DNA of 64,000 nt from Chlorobiaceae bacterium (GTDB lineage Bacteria > Bacteroidota > Chlorobiia > Chlorobiales > Chlorobiaceae). The notes below the pieces were generated by a model, which did no database searches, had not been told where the DNA came from, and saw nothing but the letters and a program-made list of their open reading frames with translations. The stretch spans positions 1,553 through 65,552 of the forward strand of contig JAFGMZ010000096.1 in the NCBI GenBank assembly GCA_016927285.1, given 5' to 3'. Shown piece by piece: positions 8,915 through 18,824 of the stretch. The position numbers were made by a program, and so were the translations under genes. Every line of letters starts with the position of its first letter. The first letter of the stretch is position 1.

Positions 8915-10261
8915 ATGAATGTTGGAACAAGAAAAATCCTTAACCGTTCATTTACTGCGGTCGGTATCGGTTCGATTGTGGTCATGGGCATCGCGCTCCT
9001 GATCGTTATTGTTCCGATTATTTACAACGGCGTGGGAGCGGTGTTTTTTACCGGTACGATAGAGCATCGCAATATGCTCTACAACGAGTTCGGAGAAGGT
9101 GATGAGGCGGAGCTTGCCAAACAGAATGCAGCAGCCGGAGTGTACCGTAAAGAGGTGTATGCCATGCTTGCGGGTTTTGAGGCAGAGCTTGAAGCTATGG
9201 AGTCTGAACGACAGCAGGAGTTCAGATCGAAATATGGTTCGGTGAGAAATGCGCTGACGGCGCTTATGGGGCCGCTGCCTGGAGATACCGGGGCAATGCT
9301 GACCCGGTTCAAATATGGACAGACGCGATGGGAGAAGGCCGAGGAGAAGCTGCATGAGTTTCTGTACGAGGCTAAATGGGATTATTCCGATCCCGATGCT
9401 ATGGCAAAGGAGTATTATGTGAGCCGCGCCGCAGAGTTCGAGGGGACATCACTCGTGAAGATTTTCCCTTATGTGGAAAAGCATCTTGAGGAGATTATGC
9501 GTCCCGAATTTACAATCTATCTTGGCTTTTTGACGGACAGTTCGGTCGACTCGCATATTTTTGGCGGTATCTGGCCTGAAATTCAGGGAACTTTTTTCCT
9601 TGCCATTGGTGCGATGCTTTTCGCTTTTCCGCTTGGGGTGATAGCGGCGGTGTATTTTACCGAATATGCCCGCGAGGGTTTGTTTACGAGTATGCTGCGG
9701 AGCGCGAACAGTACGCTTGCCGGAGTTCCGAGCATCGTGTTCGGCCTTTTCGGTCTGGCGTTTTTCATCAATACGCTAGGCGTGTCGGAGTCGAAAAGCG
9801 TTCTTGCCGGTTCGCTGACGCTTGCAATTATGATTCTTCCTACCATTATTCGCGCAGCTGAAGAGGCTATTCTTTCGGTGCCAAGAACATACAAAGAGGC
9901 TTCGCTCAGTCTTGGTTCCACAAAATGGAACACCATCATGACCGTTATTCTGCCTGCAGCGCTCCCTGGTATTATAACCGGCGGCGTGATAAGTCTTGGC
10001 AGGGCAGCAGGAGAAACGGCGCCGATCATTTTTACCGCAGCGGTGAGCGTGGGATCGGCGATAGGGCTGGCAGATGTTTTTTCATCACCGACTCCGGCGC
10101 TCTCCTGGAATATCTATAATCTTGCCAGCGAACACGAGGCGGCGGCGGAAATCCGGCATGTGCAGTACGGTATGGTGCTTGCTCTGGTCGGCATCGTTCT
10201 GCTGCTGAACCTTTCGGCAATTCTTTTGAGAGCACGTATCTCCAAAAAATTAAAAGGCTGA
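8915..10261 (+). CDS. pstA: Phosphate ABC transporter permease PstA (long N-terminal soluble insertion)
   Basis: [38 protein letters not shown]. Confidence 0.95.
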   Translation: MNVGTRKILNRSFTAVGIGSIVVMGIALLIVIVPIIYNGVGAVFFTGTIEHRNMLYNEFGEGDEAELAKQNAAAGVYRKEVYAMLAGFEAELEAMESERQQEFRSKYGSVRNALTALMGPLPGDTGAMLTRFKYGQTRWEKAEEKLHEFLYEAKWDYSDPDAMAKEYYVSRAAEFEGTSLVKIFPYVEKHLEEIMRPEFTIYLGFLTDSSVDSHIFGGIWPEIQGTFFLAIGAMLFAFPLGVIAAVYFTEYAREGLFTSMLRSANSTLAGVPSIVFGLFGLAFFINTLGVSESKSVLAGSLTLAIMILPTIIRAAEEAILSVPRTYKEASLSLGSTKWNTIMTVILPAALPGIITGGVISLGRAAGETAPIIFTAAVSVGSAIGLADVFSSPTPALSWNIYNLASEHEAAAEIRHVQYGMVLALVGIVLLLNLSAILLRARISKKLKG

Positions 10262-10266
10262 GGATA

Positions 10267-11127
10267 ATGCAGATGACAGCAGACGGCAGGATAACATCAC
10301 AGAAGGATACGGCGAAGACCGCGTCGCGTGACATTTACCTTCCCTCCGAAAGGAAAACAATAGCCGGCGGCGGAACCCCGCATGTCGTGGCCAAGGATTT
10401 CTCGATCTATTACGGCGAATTCGAAGCGGTCAAAAAAGTAAACGCCGACGTTTTATCAAAGTACGTTACGGCTATCATTGGGCCGAGCGGTTGTGGAAAG
10501 AGCACCTATCTCAGGGCTATCAATCGGATGAACGATCTGATTCCGAGCTGCCATACGACTGGAGCGCTTCTGTTTGACGGCGAGGATATTTATGGTAAAT
10601 TCACCGACGAAGTGCTGTTGCGTAAAAAGATCGGCATGGTGTTTCAAAAGCCCAATCCGTTTCCGAAATCTATTTTCGACAATATCGCCTACGGTCCCAG
10701 ACTGCACGGTATGAACGACAGGAAACAGCTTGCCGAAATCGTCGAGCGCAGCCTGCGCAAGGCTGCTTTGTGGGATGAAGTCAGCGACCGGCTCGACAAG
10801 AATGCGCTTGGACTCAGCGGCGGCCAGCAGCAGCGCTTGTGCGTTGCCCGCACGCTTGCCGTTGAGCCGGAAATCCTTCTACTTGACGAGCCGACTTCAG
10901 CGCTTGATCCCAAGGCTACCGCTAAGATCGAGGATCTCATCCAGGAGCTCAGGGGAAGTTACACCATTATGATCGTTACCCATAACATGCAGCAGGCCTC
11001 AAGGGTCTCGGATTATACCATGTTTTTTTATGAAGGGGTGCTTGTCGAGTATGCGCCGACCGCACAGCTGTTTACCAACCCGAAAGACCGGATGACCGAA
11101 GATTATATTACCGGAAGATTCAGTTAA
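10267..11127 (+). CDS. pstB: Phosphate ABC transporter ATP-binding protein
   Basis: [45 protein letters not shown]. Confidence 0.97.
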   Translation: MQMTADGRITSQKDTAKTASRDIYLPSERKTIAGGGTPHVVAKDFSIYYGEFEAVKKVNADVLSKYVTAIIGPSGCGKSTYLRAINRMNDLIPSCHTTGALLFDGEDIYGKFTDEVLLRKKIGMVFQKPNPFPKSIFDNIAYGPRLHGMNDRKQLAEIVERSLRKAALWDEVSDRLDKNALGLSGGQQQRLCVARTLAVEPEILLLDEPTSALDPKATAKIEDLIQELRGSYTIMIVTHNMQQASRVSDYTMFFYEGVLVEYAPTAQLFTNPKDRMTEDYITGRFS

Positions 11128-11145
11128 CGAAACCATTTTACCGCC

Positions 11146-11832
11146 ATGTCAGACAGACCGGTCCATGAACATATCAGAGAGCTGTCAGAGGCGCTTGTCG
11201 AGCTGTCCAACAAGGTTCTGCAGAATTTTTACGATGCCCTGACCGCCGTCAGAAATCAGGATGAAGAGCGGGCCCGAGCTATCAGGCTTGTCGACGACGA
11301 GATCGATCTGAGCGAGGTCAGGCTTGAAGAGCGCTGTTTAGCCTTTCTTGCCCTGCAGCAGCCGGTTGCACGCGATCTGCGCACTATCGTCACCATTATG
11401 AAGATCAACGACGATCTCGAACGTATTGGCGATCTGGCCGTGCATATTATCGAGCGCATGCCCGAGATTGGCCCAGAGATGCTGGATACTTTCGATTTTG
11501 AGACTATGGGACACCATGCCGGCGATATGACCCTCAAGGCTATCGAGGCTTTCATTACCAGGGATCGAATCCTTGCAGACCGCGTTGTGGCTATGGACGA
11601 AGAGATTGACGCTATGCACAGCGCCGTTTTTAAAAAAGTTGCCCGTCAGATGAAGGATTCAGATGCGGATATCGATCAGCTTATCGCAGCGCTCAGCATT
11701 TCGAGGTATATCGAAAGGATGGCGGATCATGCCACGAGAATCGCCGGAGAGGTTATCTATCTTGTGACAGGGGAAATTGCCCGCCACACCGACAGCGGTT
11801 ATGAAAAGCTTATTCAGTCGCTTAAAGACTGA
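11146..11832 (+). CDS. phoU: Phosphate signalling protein PhoU
   Basis: LQQPVARDLR, DLERIGD, YIERMADHAT. Confidence 0.95.
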   Translation: MSDRPVHEHIRELSEALVELSNKVLQNFYDALTAVRNQDEERARAIRLVDDEIDLSEVRLEERCLAFLALQQPVARDLRTIVTIMKINDDLERIGDLAVHIIERMPEIGPEMLDTFDFETMGHHAGDMTLKAIEAFITRDRILADRVVAMDEEIDAMHSAVFKKVARQMKDSDADIDQLIAALSISRYIERMADHATRIAGEVIYLVTGEIARHTDSGYEKLIQSLKD

Positions 11833-11960
11833 ACTGTCGGCGGGAAGGGCTCCTGAACCGGACAAGAGATGTTTTTTTTTGAATAAACCCTCTGTATTAA
11901 GTAAATTAAAAGACATTTCAAAATCCGGTTTTCATAAACAAGCATGGAGTTCTAATTAAT

Positions 11961-12692
11961 ATGGCAAGTCTTCTTGGCAAGTTTTTCGGAGATGCCCCGA
12001 AAGCCGCTGAAATTCCGAAAGCATTTACCATTCAGATCGATCCGGTGAAGTTCAATCTCTCTACCAAACCCAGAGAGGCGGTTAATATTCAGCTTGATTC
12101 GCTCAAACAGAAGCTTACCAAGCTTTCTTCAAATGTCGAAAACAACCTGATGCTCGTCATTCGGGCTTCGACGAAGAAAAATATAGAGCTTGCCGCGTCC
12201 GCGTTCAAGTTCGATGAAGAGTATATTCGGAAAGGAAAGTTCGAAATAGAGTATCTTACTCTTGCCTACGCTACCTTTCAGGGTCTTAACGAGGAGCAGG
12301 TTGCGGTTGTGCGAAATGCCGGCATGATTATGCAGGAGCTTGAGCGCATTGCGCAGTTTGCTCTCAACATTGCCGACAAGACCGCGCATGTGCAGTTTGC
12401 AAATACGCAGGATCTGCACAAGGATGAGTACGGTCTGAAGCCGATGGGTGATATTACCGCGGAAATGATCAAGAAAGCCGTCGAGGCTTTCGTGAGCGGC
12501 AATTCGAAACATGCCAGAGAAACTCTCGATATGATGAAGGAGATTCAGGATCTCTATGACAAGGCGACAGAAAAGATCAGGTCTTCGGTGAACGATGAAA
12601 ATATCACCAGTCTGACCGGTATTCTTTCAATTCTTAATCATGTTAAAGCATCCGCAGATATTTCATGCTCGATAGCGAGTAATTTCTGCTGA
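11961..12692 (+). CDS. Divergent PhoU-like protein
   Basis: Helical repeat architecture, ELERIAQFALNIA and AVEAF motifs; directly follows phoU. Confidence 0.75.
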   Translation: MASLLGKFFGDAPKAAEIPKAFTIQIDPVKFNLSTKPREAVNIQLDSLKQKLTKLSSNVENNLMLVIRASTKKNIELAASAFKFDEEYIRKGKFEIEYLTLAYATFQGLNEEQVAVVRNAGMIMQELERIAQFALNIADKTAHVQFANTQDLHKDEYGLKPMGDITAEMIKKAVEAFVSGNSKHARETLDMMKEIQDLYDKATEKIRSSVNDENITSLTGILSILNHVKASADISCSIASNFC

Positions 12693-12730
12693 AACGAGCT
12701 GATGCGCTTGTCGGTTGTTTGTTTTGTGAG

Positions 12731-12760
12731 AAAAGGCGGAGCTTTTGTTCCGCCTTTTTT
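12731..12760 (+). terminator. Rho-independent terminator
   Basis: AAAAGGCGGAG-loop-TTCCGCCTTTTTT. Confidence 0.8.
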
Positions 12761-12776
12761 GTTATGAGTTGCTGCT

Positions 12777-13868
12777 ATGGGTATGATCAAGCCTGAGAGG
12801 ATGAAAGAGAAGAAAATTACGATAGCTGTTCTGCTGGTTGTTCTGTTTTCCGGAGTGTTCTGGTGGCTTCAGAGGTCCGGCGAGCAGGTAAGGCCAGTAT
12901 CTGCTTATCAGAAGCTTGTTCCGGTTACGGCTGTGACGGTCCGTGAAGTGAACGTACGCGATTCGCTTTCGGTTACCGGTACGGCCGAAGCGTTCAGGGA
13001 TGTAGATGTCTATTCGGAAACTTCGGGGCTGGTCAGAAAAGCATCGGCTGAAGTGGGCGACAGGAAGCGCGCAGGGGATGTGTTGTTCCTCGTGGATGAC
13101 GAGCTGCAGGGTTCGTCCTTGAAAAAAGCGAAGATCGCTTACGAGAAAGCTGCGCTCGATTATCGTAGATATCATGCGCTTCACGAAGAAGGCGCCGTTT
13201 CGGTTTCGGTGTTTGAGTCCGTTCGCCTGAAGCGCGAAGAGGCGGAAACCGATATGATCGAAGCTCGCAAAAAATATCGTGATACCAGAATCAAGGCTCC
13301 TGTTTTCGGAACTGTTGCCCGTAAACTTGTCGATGAAGGGGAGATGGTGCAGCCGGGGATGAAGGTTGCCGGTCTTGTCGATCTTTCTCGTTTGCGAGTT
13401 AAATTCTTCCTTACCGAAAAAGAGGTTGAGGGTATTATGCCGGGGAATCGGCTTACCGTTCTTGCCGGTAACGGAGCTGCGCTGGAGGGCAGGCTTTCGA
13501 CGCTCAGCGACAAGGCCGGGAGCGCTCGTACCTATGAAGCTGAAGCCGTGCTGGCAAACTCGGTCACAGAGCCTTTGCGAGCAGGCATGTTCGTGCGAGT
13601 CATCCTGAAAGGGCGAGAACTTCGTCATGTAAGGGTTATTCCCCGAATAGCGATTGACGGCACCATAAAAAGTCCCGAGGTCTATGTTGTCGATAATGGG
13701 ACCGCTCGTTTGCGCAAGGTAACTACAGGCAGGGAGTACGGTGACCTGCTCGAGATTACGGATGGCCTGGTTGCCGGCGAACAGGTGGTCATCAACGGAC
13801 GGAACGAATTACGCGACAGGATATCGGTTCGGGTCATTCCGCAGAACAAAAGGGATGTCGCTCCATGA
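12777..13868 (+). CDS. RND efflux periplasmic adaptor (MFP)
   Basis: N-terminal TM anchor, helical hairpin, TRIKAPVFG, LRAGMFV, GLVAGEQVVING. Confidence 0.9.
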   Translation: MGMIKPERMKEKKITIAVLLVVLFSGVFWWLQRSGEQVRPVSAYQKLVPVTAVTVREVNVRDSLSVTGTAEAFRDVDVYSETSGLVRKASAEVGDRKRAGDVLFLVDDELQGSSLKKAKIAYEKAALDYRRYHALHEEGAVSVSVFESVRLKREEAETDMIEARKKYRDTRIKAPVFGTVARKLVDEGEMVQPGMKVAGLVDLSRLRVKFFLTEKEVEGIMPGNRLTVLAGNGAALEGRLSTLSDKAGSARTYEAEAVLANSVTEPLRAGMFVRVILKGRELRHVRVIPRIAIDGTIKSPEVYVVDNGTARLRKVTTGREYGDLLEITDGLVAGEQVVINGRNELRDRISVRVIPQNKRDVAP

Positions 13869-16800
13869 CCCTGACCGAACTTTCCATCAAGCGGCCAAGT
13901 ATCATCGTCGTTCTGTTTTCAGTGCTGGGCATTCTGGGGCTCTTCAGTTACCGGCAGCTGCAGTATGAGCTTCTGCCGAAGATGACGCCTCCCGTTGTTT
14001 CCGTTGCCGTACAATATCCCGGAGCATCTCCCTCTGAAGTCGAAACTTCAGTAACCAGGCCTGTCGAGGAGGCGGTCTCGGCTCTGGAGAAAATCGTGAC
14101 GGTTTCGTCGACCTCGTCGGAAGGGGTATCGGTTGTGACCATCGAGTTTTCCAACGATGCCGATATCGACAAATCGCTGCAGGATGCCCAGCGCAAGATC
14201 AACGAGATCCGTAACATGCTGCCATCTGATGCCAAAGAGCCAGTTATCAGCAAATTCGCGCTCGATGAGGTGCCGGTATTGCGCCTCGGGGCTATCTCTG
14301 CACTGCCGGATGCCCGATTTTACCAGCTGCTGAAGGATAATATCAAGCCGCAGCTTTCAAGTATCGCAGGGGTTGGCCAGGTTTATCTGACCGGAGGCCG
14401 GGAGCGGGAGATCAGGGTGAATCTCGATCCTGAAAGGCTGCATTTCTACGGAATGACGGTAACTGATGTGCTTGGCGTGATCGGCAGGGCGAATCTTGAT
14501 GTTCCTACAGGAACCATCGATGCCGCTGATCGGCAGTTCGTTGTGCGGCTTGCTGGAAAATTTACCACTCTTGAGGAGTTAAAACGGCTTGCGTTGCGTT
14601 CAACGCAGGGTACCGGTACCATTTATCTGCATGATGTAGCAGAGGTTCGTGACGGGTTCAGGGAGATAACCACTTTGACCCGTATCAATGGGACAAGCGC
14701 TGTTGGCCTCATTATCATGAAGCAGAGCGATGCCAATACGGTAGATGTCAGCCGCCTTGTTCGCGAGCGGCTGAAAATGCTTGAATCGATTTATCGCGAA
14801 GATAATCTGCGGTTCGATATCGCTCAGGATGCCTCAACCTTTACTGTAGAAGCGGTTACGGCAGTGCAGCATGACCTGCTGTTAGCAGTTTTTCTCGTTG
14901 CGATGGTTATGCTGCTGTTTCTGCACAGTTTGCGAAATTCCCTGATTGTCATGCTCTCGATTCCAATATCGCTGGTCACCACGTTCATCGGCATGTATCT
15001 TTTCGGCTTTTCGCTGAATCTCATGACGCTGCTTGGGCTTTCACTGGTCGTAGGTATTCTTGTCGATGACTCGATTGTCGTTCTCGAGAATATCTATCGT
15101 CATCTCGAACAGGGAGAGGAGCCCGGGGCTGCGGCATTGCGTGGAAGGAACGAAATCGGGTTTACTGCGCTGTCCATCACGATGGTCGATGTGGTGGTTT
15201 TTCTTCCGTTGTCGCTTGTCAGCGGCATCGTGGGCAACATACTTCGTGAGTTCGCTATTGTTATGGTGTTTTCGACCATGGTCAGTCTTTTTGTCTCTTT
15301 TACCGTTACCCCGCTGCTTGCTTCGCGTTTTTCCAGGGTCGAACGTCTGATGCCGGTCAATGCCGTTTCCCGATTTGCCACAGGTTTCGAGAGCGGTTTT
15401 CAGCGGCTGAGGGCCAGGTATGCCGTGACGCTTGACTGGAGCCTGCGAAACGGCAGGAAGGTTATTGCCGGTTCGACGGCATTGTTGGTGCTTTCGTTCA
15501 GTTTGCTCGGTTTCGGTTTTATCGGCGGCGAGTTCATCGAGGTTTCCGACAGAGGCGAATTTTCAGTTATGATGGAATATGAGCCGGGAACCAGGCTCGA
15601 CGAGACCGATCGAATGACACGCGACATCGAGCGCAGGATATCTGCGAGACCCGAGGTCATGAAGGTGCTTGCCAATGTCGGCGCTTCGACAGAAGGTTTT
15701 GTTACCGAAAGCGCCGATAATGTTTCGGAGTTGAATATCCGGCTGGTTTCGAAGGAAGATCGTACGGTTTCGACAGACAGCTTCATGCAGGAGGTGCGTC
15801 TTATGCTGCAGGATATTCCCGGATTGAAGGCGAGTATCAATCCTATCGGTATTTTCGGTACGGCCAACGAGACGCCCGTGATGGTGATTTTCAGTGGTCC
15901 TTTTCGACATGAAGTACTTCTTGCTGCTGAAATTTTTCGCGACAGGCTTAAAGCGGTGGCCGGTACGGCCGATGTGAAACTGACTTCTTCGGTTGGCAGC
16001 CCGGAACTCCGAGCGAGGATCGATCGCGAAAAAATGGCATCCTTCGGACTTTCCATTGCGGATGTAGGCGCTGCGCTGCGCACGGGATATGCCGGAGACG
16101 ATGCTGGCAAATATCGGGAAGGCGATGACGAATTCGATATTCGTGTCATGCTCGACGAGCATTTCCGCCAGAATACGCGATCGATCGAGCAGCTTGCTTT
16201 CAGGACGCCCTACGGGGAGTTGGTGCGCCTTGGACAGTTCGTTGCCTTCGAACAGGATCGGGGCTATACGCAGCTTCAGCGCAAGGACCGCAACAGTGCG
16301 GTCTGGGTAAAGGCGCAGGTTATCGATCGTCCGGTCGGCAGCGTCGGTCAGGATATCGAGCGCATCATTGCAGGCATGAAAAATGAGGGTACCATGTCGC
16401 CCCGGATTTCTCTTGCTTACGAATCGGACCTGAAACGGCAGGGAGAGTCCTTTTCTTCGCTGCTTATGGCATTTTTTGCGGCTATCATATTCGTCTACCT
16501 TATTATGGTTGCATTGTACGACTCGTATATCTGGCCGATGGTGGTGATGTTTTCAATTCCTCTTGCTGTGATCGGCGCGCTTTTCGCGCTTGCCATGTTC
16601 GGCAAGTCTCTCAGCATTTTTACTATACTCGGTATGATCATGCTGGTAGGCCTTGTCGGCAAGAACGCGATTCTGCTGGTAGATTTCATTACGAAGTTTC
16701 GTCAGGAGGGACTGGAGCTGCATGCGGCTATTATCGAAGCCGGCAGGGACAGGCTTCGTCCTATTCTGATGACCACGGTTACCCTGATTTTCGGGCTTAT

Positions 16801-16990
16801 GCCCATTGCTCTTTCGGGAAGTTCCGGTTCCGAATGGAAATCCGGACTGGCCGTTGCCCTTATCGGCGGGCTTGTCAGCTTCATGTTTCTTACGTTGCTG
16901 GTGATTCCGGTGGTGTATGTCGGCTTCGACAGGCTCCGGATGCGGCTCGAAGGACTGATGAGCCGGTGGCGACATGCGGCGAAATCCTGA
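13865..16990 (+). CDS. RND efflux permease (AcrB/AcrD/AcrF family)
   Basis: 1041 aa; SIKRP, YPGASP, GILVDDSIVVLENI, KNAILLVDF, RLRPILMT. Confidence 0.95.
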   Translation: MTLTELSIKRPSIIVVLFSVLGILGLFSYRQLQYELLPKMTPPVVSVAVQYPGASPSEVETSVTRPVEEAVSALEKIVTVSSTSSEGVSVVTIEFSNDADIDKSLQDAQRKINEIRNMLPSDAKEPVISKFALDEVPVLRLGAISALPDARFYQLLKDNIKPQLSSIAGVGQVYLTGGREREIRVNLDPERLHFYGMTVTDVLGVIGRANLDVPTGTIDAADRQFVVRLAGKFTTLEELKRLALRSTQGTGTIYLHDVAEVRDGFREITTLTRINGTSAVGLIIMKQSDANTVDVSRLVRERLKMLESIYREDNLRFDIAQDASTFTVEAVTAVQHDLLLAVFLVAMVMLLFLHSLRNSLIVMLSIPISLVTTFIGMYLFGFSLNLMTLLGLSLVVGILVDDSIVVLENIYRHLEQGEEPGAAALRGRNEIGFTALSITMVDVVVFLPLSLVSGIVGNILREFAIVMVFSTMVSLFVSFTVTPLLASRFSRVERLMPVNAVSRFATGFESGFQRLRARYAVTLDWSLRNGRKVIAGSTALLVLSFSLLGFGFIGGEFIEVSDRGEFSVMMEYEPGTRLDETDRMTRDIERRISARPEVMKVLANVGASTEGFVTESADNVSELNIRLVSKEDRTVSTDSFMQEVRLMLQDIPGLKASINPIGIFGTANETPVMVIFSGPFRHEVLLAAEIFRDRLKAVAGTADVKLTSSVGSPELRARIDREKMASFGLSIADVGAALRTGYAGDDAGKYREGDDEFDIRVMLDEHFRQNTRSIEQLAFRTPYGELVRLGQFVAFEQDRGYTQLQRKDRNSAVWVKAQVIDRPVGSVGQDIERIIAGMKNEGTMSPRISLAYESDLKRQGESFSSLLMAFFAAIIFVYLIMVALYDSYIWPMVVMFSIPLAVIGALFALAMFGKSLSIFTILGMIMLVGLVGKNAILLVDFITKFRQEGLELHAAIIEAGRDRLRPILMTTVTLIFGLMPIALSGSSGSEWKSGLAVALIGGLVSFMFLTLLVIPVVYVGFDRLRMRLEGLMSRWRHAAKS

Positions 16991-17097
16991 AAGGAATGCG
17001 CGAAAATCGGGGAAACCGCTTTTTAGATGTCAGGATGCGATTCCTTTTCTTCTGAACTGTTATCTTACTGAAAGCGATTCGTACGTATTTACCATTT

Positions 17098-17508
17098 ATG
17101 ACTGTCAGTATGACTTTTTTATCAGCTTCTCATCCGGTTCTTTTGATCAGCCGGATAGCTCTCGCGTTTTCCTGGATCTATCAGGGGGCTGTGCCCAAGC
17201 TCGTATGCAGGAGTTCCGGAGAGTTCGAACTGCTGGGTCATGTCATCCCGGTCTATGAGTGGGCCTGTATGGCGGTTGGCTGGATGGGCGCAGCAGAGAT
17301 CGTTTTCGGCATGATTCTGCTTTTTACCGGACGGCTATGGGTATTCTGGTTCAATATCGTCGCGCTCGCGTCGCTGTTGTTCTATGTACTGATTTTCGAG
17401 CCGTATCTGTTTACCGAGCCGTTCAATCCGCTGACACTGAACGTGTCATTGATCGCTCTTTCTTTTATAGCAATTTTCGAGCTGAAAAAAATCGAGACAA
17501 ATAACTGA
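17098..17508 (+). CDS. DoxX-like family membrane protein
   Basis: Four TM segments; WIYQGAVPKL, GAAEIVFG, PFNPLTLN. Confidence 0.75.
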   Translation: MTVSMTFLSASHPVLLISRIALAFSWIYQGAVPKLVCRSSGEFELLGHVIPVYEWACMAVGWMGAAEIVFGMILLFTGRLWVFWFNIVALASLLFYVLIFEPYLFTEPFNPLTLNVSLIALSFIAIFELKKIETNN

Positions 17509-17516
17509 GTTGTTTT

Positions 17517-18824
17517 ATGGATTACCTTCAATCGGATAGGGGCCTCAATGTGGTTGTCCGGCGTTTTTTCGCCGTCTCTGTAACCATTATTTCGACCGCG
17601 GCCATTCTTGGCGCGTTGGGTGCGTTTACCGGAAACCATCTGCTGCACCGTCTGCATCCCTATATTTTTTTTATCGGTTTCGGCAATCTGGCTATTCTGC
17701 TGCTCAACCGGTACCTGACGGCGGCCATCTACCCGGAGCTTGTTGTCAATCCTCAAAAACAGATGCGATATATCGTTTCAGTACTTGGGGCAGTCGCATC
17801 GATTACCGTTGCCGTGCTTTTTGAGTTGCCTCTTTTGAAAGCGGCAACCGGGCTTTTTCTCATGATGCTCGTAGCTGGTCCGCTGATCGAGATTTTTACG
17901 ACGCTGTCCATTAAAAATATATGGAAAGAGGTATCGGTGCGGTATTACATTTTCGATGTGCTCTTTCTTATGAATGCAAATCTTGGCCTGTTTACGCTTG
18001 GCCTTAAAGAGGCTTTTCCCGATACAGGCATCATTCCGTTTTTTGTGACCCAGTCAGCATATTTTCTGGGTTCATCGTTTCCGCTTAGCATCAGCGTCAT
18101 GGGTTTTCTCTATACTTATGCGTGGCGCCGGTCGTCGAAACGAGAATTGATGAAAACACTTTTCAGCCTCTGGTTTTATATATTCGTCGGCGGCGTCCTG
18201 ATCTTTCTCATCGTTATTCTGATCGGTCACTATTTCGGCATGATGCTTATCAGTCATATCCTGCTTTTCGGTGTTATGGCCATGCTTGGGGGGTTTTCCC
18301 TTTACCTTTACAATTTTTTCAAAACAAATTTTCGACATCCGGCGCTGGCTTTTCTGCTTACCGGGCTTGCGCTGCTGTTTGCAACGAGCGCATTCGGTAT
18401 CATGAATATCTATTACATCAAGGGAATCCCTTTTGGCTCGCATCCGCCCATCCGGATCGACAAGATGTGGATTTATCATTCGCATACGCATGCCGCGCTG
18501 CTCGGATGGATTACATTTTCCTTTATCGGCATGATCTATATCGTCGTCCCTGCAATAGTGCGATCGGTTTCTCTTGAAAAGCTCAGAAGTGAGAGCGCCC
18601 TTACAGCATTGCTCACGCCCGAAACCATGAAGAAAGCGTTCCGGCAACTCACGGTATTGCTGCTTTCGGCTACGGCCGTCATGCTTGCGTTTTTTCTTGA
18701 TAATGATATTTTGCTTGGCAGTTCGGGTATCGTTTTCGGACTTGGCGTAGCTTATCTCCTTAAAAACCTTTCATCTGAACTCTATCGTGAAACTCTTACA
18801 GATCTTGAAAGACATGCTAAATAA
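17517..18824 (+). CDS. Polytopic membrane protein with a heme-copper-oxidase helix-X-like HxH motif
   Basis: About 12 TM segments; HSHTHAALLGWITFSFIGMIYIVVP resembles the CcoN/NorB heme-ligand helix. Confidence 0.55.
   Translation: MDYLQSDRGLNVVVRRFFAVSVTIISTAAILGALGAFTGNHLLHRLHPYIFFIGFGNLAILLLNRYLTAAIYPELVVNPQKQMRYIVSVLGAVASITVAVLFELPLLKAATGLFLMMLVAGPLIEIFTTLSIKNIWKEVSVRYYIFDVLFLMNANLGLFTLGLKEAFPDTGIIPFFVTQSAYFLGSSFPLSISVMGFLYTYAWRRSSKRELMKTLFSLWFYIFVGGVLIFLIVILIGHYFGMMLISHILLFGVMAMLGGFSLYLYNFFKTNFRHPALAFLLTGLALLFATSAFGIMNIYYIKGIPFGSHPPIRIDKMWIYHSHTHAALLGWITFSFIGMIYIVVPAIVRSVSLEKLRSESALTALLTPETMKKAFRQLTVLLLSATAVMLAFFLDNDILLGSSGIVFGLGVAYLLKNLSSELYRETLTDLERHAK

Noticed and set aside
12777-16990. 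RND pair without an outer-membrane factor as something unusual
   Set aside because: TolC-type partners are commonly encoded elsewhere
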